Shown piece by piece: positions 9,001-19,202 of a stretch of DNA of 64,000 nucleotides. How positions within the stretch are numbered: position 1 is the first letter of the stretch; each line of letters opens with the position of its first letter. Position numbers and translations under genes: made by a program. The notes under the pieces are model-generated. The model was not told where the DNA came from, did not search any database, and was given only the letters and a program-made list of their open reading frames with translations. The DNA lies in IMG/VR virus record IMGVR_UViG_3300035661_000001, positions 1-64,000 of that record; one strand, given 5' to 3'.

Positions 9001-9741
9001 TTGGCTTATAGCGCCGAGCTAGATGCGTTGGATCCTTCTGGAAAAGGAGCCATGCTGCTGCCCATTCCGAGCAGTGTTCCTTTGACCGAAGATAACTTCA
9101 TTGATACATCTGAGTTCCCTTGGTTCTTGGATGACATTATCAACGCTACCAAAGTTGTTATGAGAACGCTGGGTGAGCCCATGTCGTTTCGCATGTCGAA
9201 AGCATTGGTAATCGATCGTGGAGATGTTACTTATGTTTACGCAGAATCTTTCGCTGCCGCTTGGGGCGCGGTGTCGGAAGTGACCGAGGCTCGTCGACCT
9301 ACCTTCACGCAAGAATTCATTGATGGTTGTACGGCTCTTTACAATGAGCCTATTGCAATCGCTTGTTGGGCTGGATCTGCCAAGATGCAGCCATTGATGA
9401 TCTGGTATGTCCCATCTGATCCGACGACCTTTCGTCTTCCGACGATGGATAGTCATGATGGATCTGCTCCCCGGCGTGGTGAAGTGGATACGGATCACAA
9501 CTTGTCTGTCTCGGCAGGCTCTATGGGAAGAGAGGTAAAGTATTCTGGAGTCATTCCAGATAACGTGAAGTCTCTTCTTTCCACGCGTGTGCATGGAGCT
9601 AAGTTTGAAGGCATGCTGGAAAACGGTGATTGCTTTGTCGATGTTGCTGATGCAGATGCAAAACGGTTTGCGCATATCATTCGCAGGTGGTCGAGCAAAG
9701 ACGATCTGTTGTTCTACGATCGTATGGTTGGTTGGAGCTGA
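9001..9741 (+). CDS. hypothetical protein
   Basis: 246-aa ORF; start uncertain. Confidence 0.75.
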   Translation: MAYSAELDALDPSGKGAMLLPIPSSVPLTEDNFIDTSEFPWFLDDIINATKVVMRTLGEPMSFRMSKALVIDRGDVTYVYAESFAAAWGAVSEVTEARRPTFTQEFIDGCTALYNEPIAIACWAGSAKMQPLMIWYVPSDPTTFRLPTMDSHDGSAPRRGEVDTDHNLSVSAGSMGREVKYSGVIPDNVKSLLSTRVHGAKFEGMLENGDCFVDVADADAKRFAHIIRRWSSKDDLLFYDRMVGWS

Positions 9742-9763
9742 AATAATCTAGGAGAGTAATACC

Positions 9764-10210
9764 ATGAGTAGCGAAATGCTTGATATGTTGAAAGAACAGG
9801 CAGAACGTTTGCTTATGGTACTTCCTGGACATTACCGAGAAGCTCCAATCGAAATCGTTCGGAAACAGATTGGTGATATGTATGATTTCGATTGTCGAAA
9901 TCCAGACATGAGCGCTCGGGGAAAAGCTATTACGCTTAGGATGCTAAGCTGGATAAGCTCCTATGAGTGGATCATGGCAAGCATGACTCCTAAAAATTTG
10001 ATTGATCCGAAACAGTTCGGAATTTTCAGATGGCATGTTAATGCTGGTGATACGTCTTTTGCAATTTTTTGCATAGATGAGTATCACTATCGACAGTTTC
10101 CATTTACGGTTTTCTTTGCGGGGAAAGAGTATACCAAGACCGATTGGAATAGACATATCAATAGGTGCTACTACGCCCTTGTAAATGATGATTTTGTAAG
10201 TTGTTTTTAA
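9764..10210 (+). CDS. hypothetical protein (paralog of 10223-10675)
   Basis: LKEQAERLLMV.PG.Y motif; AGGAG SD. Confidence 0.8.
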   Translation: MSSEMLDMLKEQAERLLMVLPGHYREAPIEIVRKQIGDMYDFDCRNPDMSARGKAITLRMLSWISSYEWIMASMTPKNLIDPKQFGIFRWHVNAGDTSFAIFCIDEYHYRQFPFTVFFAGKEYTKTDWNRHINRCYYALVNDDFVSCF

Positions 10211-10222
10211 CCGGAGAATACC

Positions 10223-10675
10223 ATGATGAAGTTAGACATGTTAGCCAGCCTGAAAGAGCAAGCTGAACGTCTGCTCATGGTCAAGCCTGGTCAATACAAT
10301 TTCAGTCCAATAAACTTCTGTAGAGACCAGATATTGGAAGTGTATCAGCAAAATGTTCGTCATCCTCCGAAAAACGATGATGGTCATCAGGCTCGTTACA
10401 TGGTACTGTTGCTCAATTGGATTGCCGCCTATGAGTGGTGGTCTATCTTGGGTCCCAGAGATAATCCCATGGCATCAGACTATGGTATTTTTTTGGTGAG
10501 CGGAACAGAGAGACACCGAACAATTCAGGTGTATTGCTATGACTTTACGCACTACGACTCAATGCCGGCTGTCGTCAATTACAATGGTTCCAGATTCGGT
10601 CGTACTTTCTGGACCGCAAATACACATCGCGCTACCTATCGAAATGATGCTCCCATCGCACTCGGGATCTGCTGA
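10223..10675 (+). CDS. hypothetical protein (paralog of 9764-10210)
   Basis: LKEQAERLLMV.PG.Y...WI..YEW motif. Confidence 0.8.
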   Translation: MMKLDMLASLKEQAERLLMVKPGQYNFSPINFCRDQILEVYQQNVRHPPKNDDGHQARYMVLLLNWIAAYEWWSILGPRDNPMASDYGIFLVSGTERHRTIQVYCYDFTHYDSMPAVVNYNGSRFGRTFWTANTHRATYRNDAPIALGIC

Positions 10676-10882
10676 GTGAAGTGGTTAAAGTATTCAACAA
10701 CCAAAAACACGATCGTTACTGATCGTGAGTGGGATTATCGTGATAACGATCGTCCTTATTGGAAGTTGAAGAAGACATCATCACATGATGGTAAATATCG
10801 AAATCGTTGTGACGCAGTGATCGCTCGTTGTATTTCTGAGCGAACTGGTCGTATGATTCGTGTAAAACCAAGGAAATTTTAA
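10676..10882 (+). CDS. basic hypothetical protein
   Basis: Abuts both neighbours. Confidence 0.55.
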   Translation: MKWLKYSTTKNTIVTDREWDYRDNDRPYWKLKKTSSHDGKYRNRCDAVIARCISERTGRMIRVKPRKF

Positions 10883-11100
10883 TGGCTGGTAAAGGTGCTA
10901 GAACTGGTAGACGATTACGCCGCGAGCTGTCTCACGGGCGTTTGGTCGAGCTATTGTCTTTTGAAGAAGATCATGAGATTTATTCTTGTGGTCACACTGC
11001 TCCTCTTGGTCCGAAGCGAGAAGGGGAAGCTGGGAAAATCATGAGGCATTGTAAAGAATGTGTAGTTGATATTCCTACGCAAATCTATGATCGCTTCTGA
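10882..11100 (+). CDS. small Zn-ribbon-like protein
   Basis: SCGH...CKEC. Confidence 0.6.
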   Translation: MAGKGARTGRRLRRELSHGRLVELLSFEEDHEIYSCGHTAPLGPKREGEAGKIMRHCKECVVDIPTQIYDRF

Positions 11101-11251
11101 GCGTGCAAAAGAAAAGCAAGCGTCAAGGGATGCTGATGAGCAGGCTCTTGCTTCGGGGGAAAAGACTCGGGAACAGCTCCGTCAAGAGAACGGACTTTTC
11201 TCATCGTTACGTTTTCGTGTCAACATGGCTGATGCCGAGAAGCTTGCATAA
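11066..11251 (+). CDS. hypothetical protein
   Basis: ORF track; start may be ATG 11087. Confidence 0.5.
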   Translation: MIFLRKSMIASERAKEKQASRDADEQALASGEKTREQLRQENGLFSSLRFRVNMADAEKLA

Positions 11252-11268
11252 AATATAACTTAAAATAG

Positions 11269-11454
11269 GTGCTTATGTTTCGTCCATACAAGATAGATAA
11301 AGATGCTTTTCATACTTCCGTTGCCATTGGAGTAGTCTCGGCATTCCTCGGCGGAATCATTGGCATTTGTTTGGATGAAGTCCGCGCCCATCGCGCTGCC
11401 TCTCGCGAAAAAGAAAAGAAGGATCCTCCCGCTCCTCCCGCAACGGAGGGTTGA
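11269..11454 (+). CDS. small membrane protein
   Basis: One transmembrane helix. Confidence 0.55.
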   Translation: MLMFRPYKIDKDAFHTSVAIGVVSAFLGGIIGICLDEVRAHRAASREKEKKDPPAPPATEG

Positions 11455-11455
11455 A

Positions 11456-11653
11456 ATGAGCGACAAAATCAACCTGAGCCAAGAAGCAGAGATAGCTTTC
11501 CGAGCATTGGAGAGCGCAATAGATGATCTTGCTTTTGAAGCCGACAAGTGTGGGGCAGGTTGTTTTGCACATGATGTTCGCGGAGCACTTCTCGATAAGC
11601 TAAATCGTCTAGTTGATGTTTGTGATGTCGTTCATCCAGATAGTGACGAATAA
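11456..11653 (+). CDS. small acidic hypothetical protein
   Basis: GGAGG SD before ATG 11456. Confidence 0.65.
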   Translation: MSDKINLSQEAEIAFRALESAIDDLAFEADKCGAGCFAHDVRGALLDKLNRLVDVCDVVHPDSDE

Positions 11654-11671
11654 AAGTAACGAAAGAAAAAT

Positions 11672-12763
11672 ATGATCTTCTTGGGTTTCATTTCGATTCC
11701 CCTCATCATTATGGTGGTTGCTTTCAAGTTATCAGACAAGATTGATTGGCGTAAGCTAGCAATCATGACGGGTGTCTTGGTGGTGTTCTCAGGATCATCA
11801 ATGGCGATTTGTTACTACGGTAACACGCACGATGTGGAAACATGGAACGGAGTGATTACCGCTAAGGAGAAAGAGAAGGTATCTTGCTCTCACAGCTATA
11901 GCTGCAATTGCCATCAGGTATGTAGCGGTAGTGGTAAAGATCAATCCTGTTCTCAGGTGTGTGATACCTGTTACGAACATTCATATGACGTCAATTGGTT
12001 TGCCAAAACTTCAAATGGCGAACGAGTTGATGTGGCTCGATTGGATAGTCAGGGATTGGATCAGCCTCCCCGTTGGAGTTCTATCTCCATGGGTGAGCCA
12101 ACTTCTATTCCTCATTCTTTCGAGAACTTCATTAAGGGAGCGCCTGGAACTCTCTTTCGTAAGACGGGTCAAGATAAAAAGTTCGCTGTCCCATCTTATC
12201 CAGAAGTGTATGATTATTACCGAATGAATCGCTTGATTGCAGATTCCGGTATGCTATACGATGCTGCCAATTGGAATGCTGATCTTTCACAGATCAATGC
12301 TAGAGTTGGCGCTCGTAAGCAAGTTAATGCTATGGTGATTCTCACCATGCAGCCAAGGGAGTTCTTTTATTCTCTAGAAGAAAAATGGATTGGTGGAAAG
12401 AAAAATGATGCCATCCTAGTGATTGGTGTTGACTCTGACCTCAAACCCATCTGGACCGAAGTAATGGCATGGGTAACTGACGAAACGTTCCGTGTTACAC
12501 TCAAGAATGATATCTTGAGTCTCCCGAAGATTGAGAGGACCTCCGTCCTTTCACTGTTCGAGAAAGACATGATGGAACTTTATCAGCGTAAACCAATGCA
12601 TGATTTCGCTTATCTCAAGGCGAGCATCATTCCAACCACTACTCAGTGGGCGGTTATTCTTTTGATTGGAATCTTGATGACCATTGGTATGTTGTACGTT
12701 GCAATCAACTATGACGACCTTAGTGGATCTCGTCCTCGACGTCGTAATTACTACAGCTACTAA
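11672..12763 (+). CDS. membrane protein with Cys-rich extracytoplasmic segment
   Basis: N- and C-terminal TM helices; CSHSYSCNC...CSQVCDTCYEH. Confidence 0.8.
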   Translation: MIFLGFISIPLIIMVVAFKLSDKIDWRKLAIMTGVLVVFSGSSMAICYYGNTHDVETWNGVITAKEKEKVSCSHSYSCNCHQVCSGSGKDQSCSQVCDTCYEHSYDVNWFAKTSNGERVDVARLDSQGLDQPPRWSSISMGEPTSIPHSFENFIKGAPGTLFRKTGQDKKFAVPSYPEVYDYYRMNRLIADSGMLYDAANWNADLSQINARVGARKQVNAMVILTMQPREFFYSLEEKWIGGKKNDAILVIGVDSDLKPIWTEVMAWVTDETFRVTLKNDILSLPKIERTSVLSLFEKDMMELYQRKPMHDFAYLKASIIPTTTQWAVILLIGILMTIGMLYVAINYDDLSGSRPRRRNYYSY

Positions 12764-12773
12764 GGACTACAGA

Positions 12774-13406
12774 ATGAAGTGGCAAAAGTTTGACAGCAAC
12801 GGTATCATGTCCGACGCCGGATCAGTGACGGTTTCCAAAACCCAATACAAGGTAGGAGTGTCTTTGAAAAATCTCATCATCGGTTCTGTGGTCGTCGCGT
12901 TCGCACTGGTGTCTGGCTGCTCTGCTGTCAGTTATCGAAATGATTTCATCAGCGCGGAGAACGGTCTCACGGCGCAGTATGAGAAAAACCAGAACACTTA
13001 CTCCTCGTATTTCAATACGGTCAAGGAGATGGCTCAGGTTCCGGAGATGTATGCGAAGGATCTCAAGGATGTTTATACCGCTGCCATTCAAGGTCGGTAT
13101 GGCGCTGATGGCTCCAAACAGGTGATGTTGTTTGTCAAGGAACACAATCCTACTTTGGATCCTGCCATGTATCTCCGCATTCAAACGGCGATTGCTTCTG
13201 GTCGTGCCAAGTTCGAGTCGGAGCAGAACGCGCTCCTCGACAAGAAGCGCGTCTATCTGGATAGCACGCAGCGTGCTCCTGGTAGTGTTTTCGCCTGGGC
13301 TATGGGTTTCCCCCGCCTTGACATGAACAAGATTGGTATTGTCATCGACGACAATACTGCCAAGGCTTTCGATACCAAGCGCGCCGAGCCTATCAAGCTT
13401 CGTTGA
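12774..13406 (+). CDS. LemA-like membrane-anchored helical protein
   Basis: TM anchor, then YRNDFISAENGLTAQYEKNQN, coiled-coil, AWAMGFP; resembles phage LemA-like family (from recall). Confidence 0.6.
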   Translation: MKWQKFDSNGIMSDAGSVTVSKTQYKVGVSLKNLIIGSVVVAFALVSGCSAVSYRNDFISAENGLTAQYEKNQNTYSSYFNTVKEMAQVPEMYAKDLKDVYTAAIQGRYGADGSKQVMLFVKEHNPTLDPAMYLRIQTAIASGRAKFESEQNALLDKKRVYLDSTQRAPGSVFAWAMGFPRLDMNKIGIVIDDNTAKAFDTKRAEPIKLR

Positions 13407-13433
13407 TTGCAACTTTTACAGCAGGGAAAAAAT

Positions 13434-13673
13434 ATGATTACGATCATTTGTCTGGGTAGTTTGGCACTGGCAAGCGTGTATGGCACGTTGAAGTCTTCAA
13501 AAGGAAGTCACATCGGCGATGGTTTTGCGACGATCTTCTTCGGACTCATCTCTCTGTTTCTGATCTGTGCTGCACTGGCTGCATTCATTCTGGGTGATGG
13601 TATTGGAGTCTTCATCTGTGGTGGTGTCGTACTCTTGTTTGTCGTCGCGATGATCAAGGTTAAAAACTCCTGA
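13434..13673 (+). CDS. small multi-TM protein
   Basis: Three hydrophobic segments. Confidence 0.7.
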   Translation: MITIICLGSLALASVYGTLKSSKGSHIGDGFATIFFGLISLFLICAALAAFILGDGIGVFICGGVVLLFVVAMIKVKNS

Positions 13674-13674
13674 C

Positions 13675-13887
13675 ATGAAACTCATAGAAATTCTTGAGAT
13701 GTATCTGGAAGAGATCCGGCGAAGCGGTAAGATCGATGCTGACTGCCTTCTGTCAGGAATGGTGGATGAAAGTCTCTTCAATGTAATCTCTGGAGATATT
13801 AGTTCTTCTGGTAGATTCAAAAGAGTTCTTAACAGACGTACCTACGCACGCATGTCGAAACGTAATCTCGGGTACGACAAGAAGTAA
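13675..13887 (+). CDS. hypothetical protein
   Basis: Operonic packing. Confidence 0.6.
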   Translation: MKLIEILEMYLEEIRRSGKIDADCLLSGMVDESLFNVISGDISSSGRFKRVLNRRTYARMSKRNLGYDKK

Positions 13888-14159
13888 TGAGAACTAAGAT
13901 CACTCACGTAGCCATTCGTTTCAATGGAGTGGTGTACTCTTTGCCTGCACCTAACAGACATCACCATGTAATCTGGCATATCGTTCAGACAACTGGATGT
14001 TCATCTGTAGACGTGCGTGAAGATGACCAAGGTTTCTTGGACGAGAGTGGTCGGTACTTGACCCGCAGGGCGGCTTTGGTGTCTGCCCGAATGTACAATC
14101 AAATAAAAAATCCCGACGATATTCGTATGGGCAAATTGTTTTCTGAAGATGTCTGGTAG
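13887..14159 (+). CDS. conserved phage hypothetical protein
   Basis: RHHH...QGFLDESGRYLTR...LFSEDVW pattern typical of a phage family. Confidence 0.75.
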   Translation: MRTKITHVAIRFNGVVYSLPAPNRHHHVIWHIVQTTGCSSVDVREDDQGFLDESGRYLTRRAALVSARMYNQIKNPDDIRMGKLFSEDVW

Positions 14160-14382
14160 TGCTATGAGCGATATAGTTATTCAAGTAGATAGTGGTGATA
14201 GTCATCATGCTATATGCTATTGCGAAGAAGACCAGGGTAGTGGATACACATTCTCTGATGAATATGGAGAGTGTGATTTTTGTTTAGGGTTGTTTGAACC
14301 TGGGACAATGATTTGTGAAAATCCAGCTGGTGGATCTAGGATTTGTCCAGACACAGATGCTGCAAAAGTTTGTGATGTCTAG
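14149..14382 (+). CDS. small acidic Cys-rich protein
   Basis: Overlaps previous stop. Confidence 0.5.
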   Translation: MSGSAMSDIVIQVDSGDSHHAICYCEEDQGSGYTFSDEYGECDFCLGLFEPGTMICENPAGGSRICPDTDAAKVCDV

Positions 14383-14421
14383 AGCTGTTGTGCTCGATAT
14401 CATTTCATAAAGGAAAAACAT

Positions 14422-15534
14422 ATGAGCGCATGGTATTGTCAAGTAGTTTTGATTGAGGCAATTGATAAGCATCCAAATGCCGATTCTTTGTCTATTGCTA
14501 CTGTGCTAGGCGCACATCCAGTCATCATTAAGACTGGTGAATATGAAGTCGGACAGGCTGTTGGGTACATCGGTATTGACACCGTGGTTCCAGCGACTGC
14601 TCAGTTTCATTTCATGAGCCCAGTTGTTCGTGATGCTGATGCCAAGATATTGGGTCATAAGTACGAAGTGGATGAGGTTCCTGAGCGATACCGTATCGTG
14701 AAAGCAAAAAAGATTCGCAGTATTTTTAGCATGGGTCTTCTGGTTCCGGCTCCTGAAGGATTGAGTATCGGCGATTCTATTGTAGATGTTCTCGGTCTGA
14801 CCAAGTGGGAAGAGTCCGAAGAACAGGACGAGATTGCCCATAATAATCCCAAAGTCAGAACCAGAACAGATAAGAAACCTGTTGGTTGGGATATTCCCTT
14901 TTACGATATTAGTTCGGCGAGAAGACACAGTAATCTTTTTCTACCTGATGAGGAGATTGTTCTCCTTGAAAAAGATCATGGATGCAATGCATCATTTTGT
15001 TTTGATGGAGAGAAGCTTTGGAAAAAAAGCCGTAACTTCTTCAAAGCAGATGATGTTACCATCATTGATGGTGAAGGTATGACCCATACGGTATCGAGCA
15101 CTGACCATTGGAGTGAAGCTGCTAGACGATATAATCTGAGAGATAAGCTCGCACCTTTTTCTATGAAGGTTTTCTTTGCAGAATGTGTAGGTCAGGTAAA
15201 AGGTTTCAGGTACGATTCTGAAATTGTGGATGGTCAGCTTCTGACTAAGCTACACTTTTATGATGTATATGATCCGATAGAGCGGCGATATCTTGATTAC
15301 GAAGAGGGTCTTGAAATGATCCTTGCCGCAGGATTGACTCCCAGCAAAGAAATTTATAAGGGACCATGGCTTGGTAATGATAAGATGTTTCCTCTCGGCG
15401 AAGGCAAATCAAGTTGGAATGAAAAGCATGTTCGTGAAGGCTGGGTCATGAAGCCCTTGAAAGAAAGACATGTAGACAAAGTTGGGAGATGGCAATTGAA
15501 GTATGTGTCGGAGGCATATTCTTTGGCTAAGTAA
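14422..15534 (+). CDS. ATP-dependent RNA ligase, DRB0094/Rnl2-like with N-terminal tRNA-binding-like domain
   Basis: IDKHPNADSL N-domain; motif I EKDHGCN, III FFAECVG, IIIa FYDV, IV EGWVMKP, V LKYVSEAY. Confidence 0.9.
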   Translation: MSAWYCQVVLIEAIDKHPNADSLSIATVLGAHPVIIKTGEYEVGQAVGYIGIDTVVPATAQFHFMSPVVRDADAKILGHKYEVDEVPERYRIVKAKKIRSIFSMGLLVPAPEGLSIGDSIVDVLGLTKWEESEEQDEIAHNNPKVRTRTDKKPVGWDIPFYDISSARRHSNLFLPDEEIVLLEKDHGCNASFCFDGEKLWKKSRNFFKADDVTIIDGEGMTHTVSSTDHWSEAARRYNLRDKLAPFSMKVFFAECVGQVKGFRYDSEIVDGQLLTKLHFYDVYDPIERRYLDYEEGLEMILAAGLTPSKEIYKGPWLGNDKMFPLGEGKSSWNEKHVREGWVMKPLKERHVDKVGRWQLKYVSEAYSLAK

Positions 15535-15563
15535 ACGATTAGTGCCGGTTATATTGTTTCTGT

Positions 15564-16127
15564 ATGAATACAATAACCGGCACTATCGAGTTACCACAAA
15601 CCAAAATATGTTATGGCTGCAATTTTTATATCGATCCAAAATGTTTTGGTAAACAGTCATCAGCAAAAGATGGTTTGCAAACGAGATGTAAAGATTGTAA
15701 AAAATTATCTGATGCCAAATACCATTTCTTAAATAGAGATAAGGTATTGGAAACTTCAAAGGCTTATCGAAAAGCCAATAAAGAGAAGATAGCCAAACAT
15801 CAAAAGAAATATGTTGAATCCAATCTTGATAAAATCAAGATCGTAAAACATAATAATTATAAGAGAAATAGAGTAAAACTTCTTAAAAAGAATAAAGAAT
15901 ATCTAGCTTCGCATCCAGAGGTTAGGAAGAGGGCAACTAAGAAGTATTACGATAAAAATAAGCTCTATTACCAAAAAAAGAATCGGGTTGTTGATCCTGT
16001 TCTTTGCACTTTATCTTTTCGTTGGGACACCCCTCTTTGTTGCGGGGAACATTCAGGCGATCATCATATGGACGATCATGTATTTTCTGATTCTTTGTAT
16101 GATCATTGGAGCCTATCTGGCAATTGA
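15564..16127 (+). pseudogene. Truncated homing-endonuclease gene fused out of frame to a membrane-gene remnant
   Basis: CxxC...KDGLQTRCKDCK and Lys-rich linker with no nuclease domain; 15985-16134 in another frame encodes a 2-TM paralog of 16136-16306. Confidence 0.6.
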
Positions 16128-16135
16128 TAATTGAT

Positions 16136-16306
16136 ATGACCAATACAAAAATTGGCGTCATACTGATTGCGGTCTCGATCTATGTAATGGTTTTGATTCC
16201 CATCTTGATGGATCCTAACTCTATCAAAACGGTTGCTCTATGGACTGTGATATACATTCTATTAGGCATCATGGTCTTTGGTGTCTACATGATCATGAAC
16301 GACTGA
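16136..16306 (+). CDS. small 2-TM membrane protein
   Basis: Hydrophobic ORF. Confidence 0.6.
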   Translation: MTNTKIGVILIAVSIYVMVLIPILMDPNSIKTVALWTVIYILLGIMVFGVYMIMND

Positions 16307-16528
16307 TTTGAATTCTATATGAAAATCATCCTTGGAGATAAGTTTGAAGCTCGTAACTGTCCAAGGGCTTGAGCAATACTCACTGTAACCGTGATCAGAT
16401 ATTACGAGCAGACCAAAGGTAAAAAGCACAAAAAACTTATCACTGTTATCGGCGAAGGTTGTGCTTGGCACAATGCCCCTGCCGGTGAATTCAGAAACAG
16501 GAAGTACTGGAGAAAACTTTAAATCACA

Positions 16529-17392
16529 ATGAGTACCGGATATAGTTCACACGACAAGGTTAGCCAGATTCGATATACTCAGCCGCTTCTGTCGGATGAT
16601 GGAGTTATCTTCGATCCGGCTGGGTTGTGGACACCTAAGATTGATGCCAGAAGTCCTGCGTATCATTCTTTGTTCGAGCCTTTCGATTTGGATCAATATC
16701 TGTATCCACGTCCTCCCATCGATATGGGTTTGGTCGAGCATGAAGAATATTCATGTGATGTGAATGTCCTACGTATGCCGATCAAATTTCCTGGTACGAA
16801 CTATCGTATTCCAAAAGAAGTAATTGGGCTTCTCCCTGTTATTCAGAGGGCGGCAGAGTACGAAGCGTTCATCAATCCAAGGCATGCCCAGAGCTTTGCT
16901 CACGTTACTTTTGACACAAGTGAAGTTAAAGCTGGTGAGTTTCATCGTTTCCCTGGCTTTCATGGTGATGGTATTCAAGGAACTAAGCTCACGCCCAAAG
17001 TAGTGGCTGAGCATTCCTATATCATGACTACAAATCCTCCGACGGAGTTCTGTCTTCAGCCCTTCTTTTTGAAGCATCTAGATGAGGCGAAGCACAATTT
17101 TTTTCTGGAGTTCGATCGTCAGGCGAAAGATTGCAACGTATATGGTTCGTTGAGCGGGCATCTGTACCTGATCGATCCGTATATGGTTCACAGAACGCCG
17201 TTGATTACTCATCCGGTTCGGCGAACCTTCATAAGAGTAACCTTCTCTTGTATTGAGTTGCAGCACCCCAAAAATACTTTGAACCCGATGTTCCGAGGTC
17301 AAGAGTATGAGAAGCGCATTGATATTCGTGAACGTCTGACTCGCAATGAGTTTGATGTGCCGCTACATCTGTATGGTCTATCGTTAAAATGA
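16529..17392 (+). CDS. putative 2OG-Fe(II) dioxygenase-like protein
   Basis: GFHGDG (HxD), distal VHRT, RTFIRVT. Confidence 0.6.
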   Translation: MSTGYSSHDKVSQIRYTQPLLSDDGVIFDPAGLWTPKIDARSPAYHSLFEPFDLDQYLYPRPPIDMGLVEHEEYSCDVNVLRMPIKFPGTNYRIPKEVIGLLPVIQRAAEYEAFINPRHAQSFAHVTFDTSEVKAGEFHRFPGFHGDGIQGTKLTPKVVAEHSYIMTTNPPTEFCLQPFFLKHLDEAKHNFFLEFDRQAKDCNVYGSLSGHLYLIDPYMVHRTPLITHPVRRTFIRVTFSCIELQHPKNTLNPMFRGQEYEKRIDIRERLTRNEFDVPLHLYGLSLK

Positions 17393-17549
17393 CAGAGCAA
17401 GAACTTGACATTGGTATTCGTAATCATCAAGAGCTTGAGGAAAGCTGGGTGCATTATAGTAAATTCACTACCACTCAAGCTAATCATCGTACAGATGATC
17501 CCGAAAAAGTAACTTGTCCTTCCTGCCGACGAGCCCTAAAAGTAAAGTA

Positions 17550-17870
17550 ATGAAAAGAATTTTCATAAAGCTGGAAGGTCCGATCAGACCGCGGTGGTTG
17601 TCTTCCGATCCTTTCTGGACCCAAATACGAAGCACAACCTGGAAGCCCGAAGGCGGGGAATTTGTCCACGGAGATAGTTACTTTCCGCAAACTTTTGCGG
17701 TAGTTCGCCACCGACGCAGCGGTGAACTATACGGTATCACACCTTACGTAGATAACTCTGGGTATTACAAAGGTTACATACTTGGTACGATTTTTCTTGT
17801 GAAAGAGATTGATCCTATCTCTCTTGTATTGGACACAGCTCCAGACCAAGAATATTTCATTCTCCAGTAA
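17550..17870 (+). CDS. hypothetical protein
   Basis: TAATG overlap with a small upstream ORF (17389-17550). Confidence 0.6.
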   Translation: MKRIFIKLEGPIRPRWLSSDPFWTQIRSTTWKPEGGEFVHGDSYFPQTFAVVRHRRSGELYGITPYVDNSGYYKGYILGTIFLVKEIDPISLVLDTAPDQEYFILQ

Positions 17871-17874
17871 ATCT

Positions 17875-18144
17875 ATGGATGCAAGAACTCTCTTTTCAAA
17901 ACTCAAAACCGAAACGGTTGATGTTGATTGTCTTAAAGAAGGAGACATTATTCACCTGGACTATTGTATTGCGATAGTCCAATCGGTTACCCATCATGAG
18001 GAAAGTCAGTGGAGAGAATGTATAGAGCTGGAATGGGAGTCTGATGGAGATTCTTCGTCGATCATTTATCCAGCTAATACTCCAGGCTACAATCGTAAAT
18101 GGGCAAGACAGACAATCATTGCCCGTGAATTTCTACGAGAATAA
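17875..18144 (+). CDS. hypothetical protein
   Basis: ORF; start adjusted. Confidence 0.6.
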   Translation: MDARTLFSKLKTETVDVDCLKEGDIIHLDYCIAIVQSVTHHEESQWRECIELEWESDGDSSSIIYPANTPGYNRKWARQTIIAREFLRE

Positions 18145-18630
18145 ATGATGTGGTTTCAGAATCTTGCAGATCGGGAAGAAGCTGGTTGGTTTCAAGAGTT
18201 CCATAGTAATCCCGACAAGTTCGGCGACCTCTGGGCAATGACACCAAGCTATAAACTTCTGCCACCAGAAGGAGAGAATGATATCATTCTTCTCTCTACT
18301 GGAGGGTTTGCTCCCATCCATGATGGTCACATTGACATGATGGAAGCTGCAAAGATTCATATGGAGTCCAAAGGGTTCCGTGTTCGTGGCGGATATGTTT
18401 CTCCTGGTCATGATGGTTACGTCGTGGCACACAAAGGAGTTAAGATCTATGCGCCCGAACGATTGGCTTATGCCAACAACAAACTCAAAAGTCATCCGTG
18501 GATCATGGTTGATCCATGGGAAGCCATCGGTTGTAGTTGCAGTGTTAACTTCACGACGTACAAGAGTTCTATGGTAAGTCTCGAATCATCGTTCGTGGTG
18601 ATATCGAATTCACGGCGTTGGATTGACTGA
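18145..18630 (+). pseudogene. NMN/NaMN adenylyltransferase-like (HxGH) gene, apparently C-terminally truncated
   Basis: LLSTGGFAPIHDGH, GGYVSPGHDGYV, WIMVDPWE; ends soon after VNFTT with no ISST-type motif. Confidence 0.6.
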
Positions 18631-18644
18631 GTAAAAAATAAACA

Positions 18645-19190
18645 ATGTTTGTTTCTAGAACTCTCAAAGAAGATCTTGATACCAAAGGCGTCACTGGCTG
18701 GTTTGTCCACGAGATTTTTTCTCGTGACTATCACAGCGATGGCGAACTGTTGAGCTGGACTTTTCTTCCTTATGTGGCAGGACTTCCAGTTGCAAGAACA
18801 TACCAAGAACGCTGTGGTAACGCTGAGCATTCTCAAGCTCTAGCTGACAGCGCAATGAGACTTTCTCTTCAATGCTTCCAAAAAACCCACGGGTTCAAAA
18901 CTATGGGGAAAGAACTGGAAGAAGTATTGAAGAGAAATTCCAAGTACAGCACTCACAAGTTCTTTGAAGATATTCGACTCAAACATAGTCGAACTATCAT
19001 GGGTGATGTGATTGAGAGATCGTTCTGGTGCAGTCTTCATCGCCATGAAACTTATGGTGCGAAGCCTTTCGGATACAGTCCGATCAAGCAGGCGGCTAGT
19101 GCCGCACATGTATTTTCGGCAGCTTGTCCCATCCTCGGTGACGAAGATGTTTGGACGGAAGCCTTGAATGTTCTGCAATCCTTGAATTGA
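18645..19190 (+). CDS. hypothetical protein
   Basis: 181-aa ORF. Confidence 0.7.
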   Translation: MFVSRTLKEDLDTKGVTGWFVHEIFSRDYHSDGELLSWTFLPYVAGLPVARTYQERCGNAEHSQALADSAMRLSLQCFQKTHGFKTMGKELEEVLKRNSKYSTHKFFEDIRLKHSRTIMGDVIERSFWCSLHRHETYGAKPFGYSPIKQAASAAHVFSAACPILGDEDVWTEALNVLQSLN

Positions 19191-19202
19191 GAAGAGTAGT
19201 TT

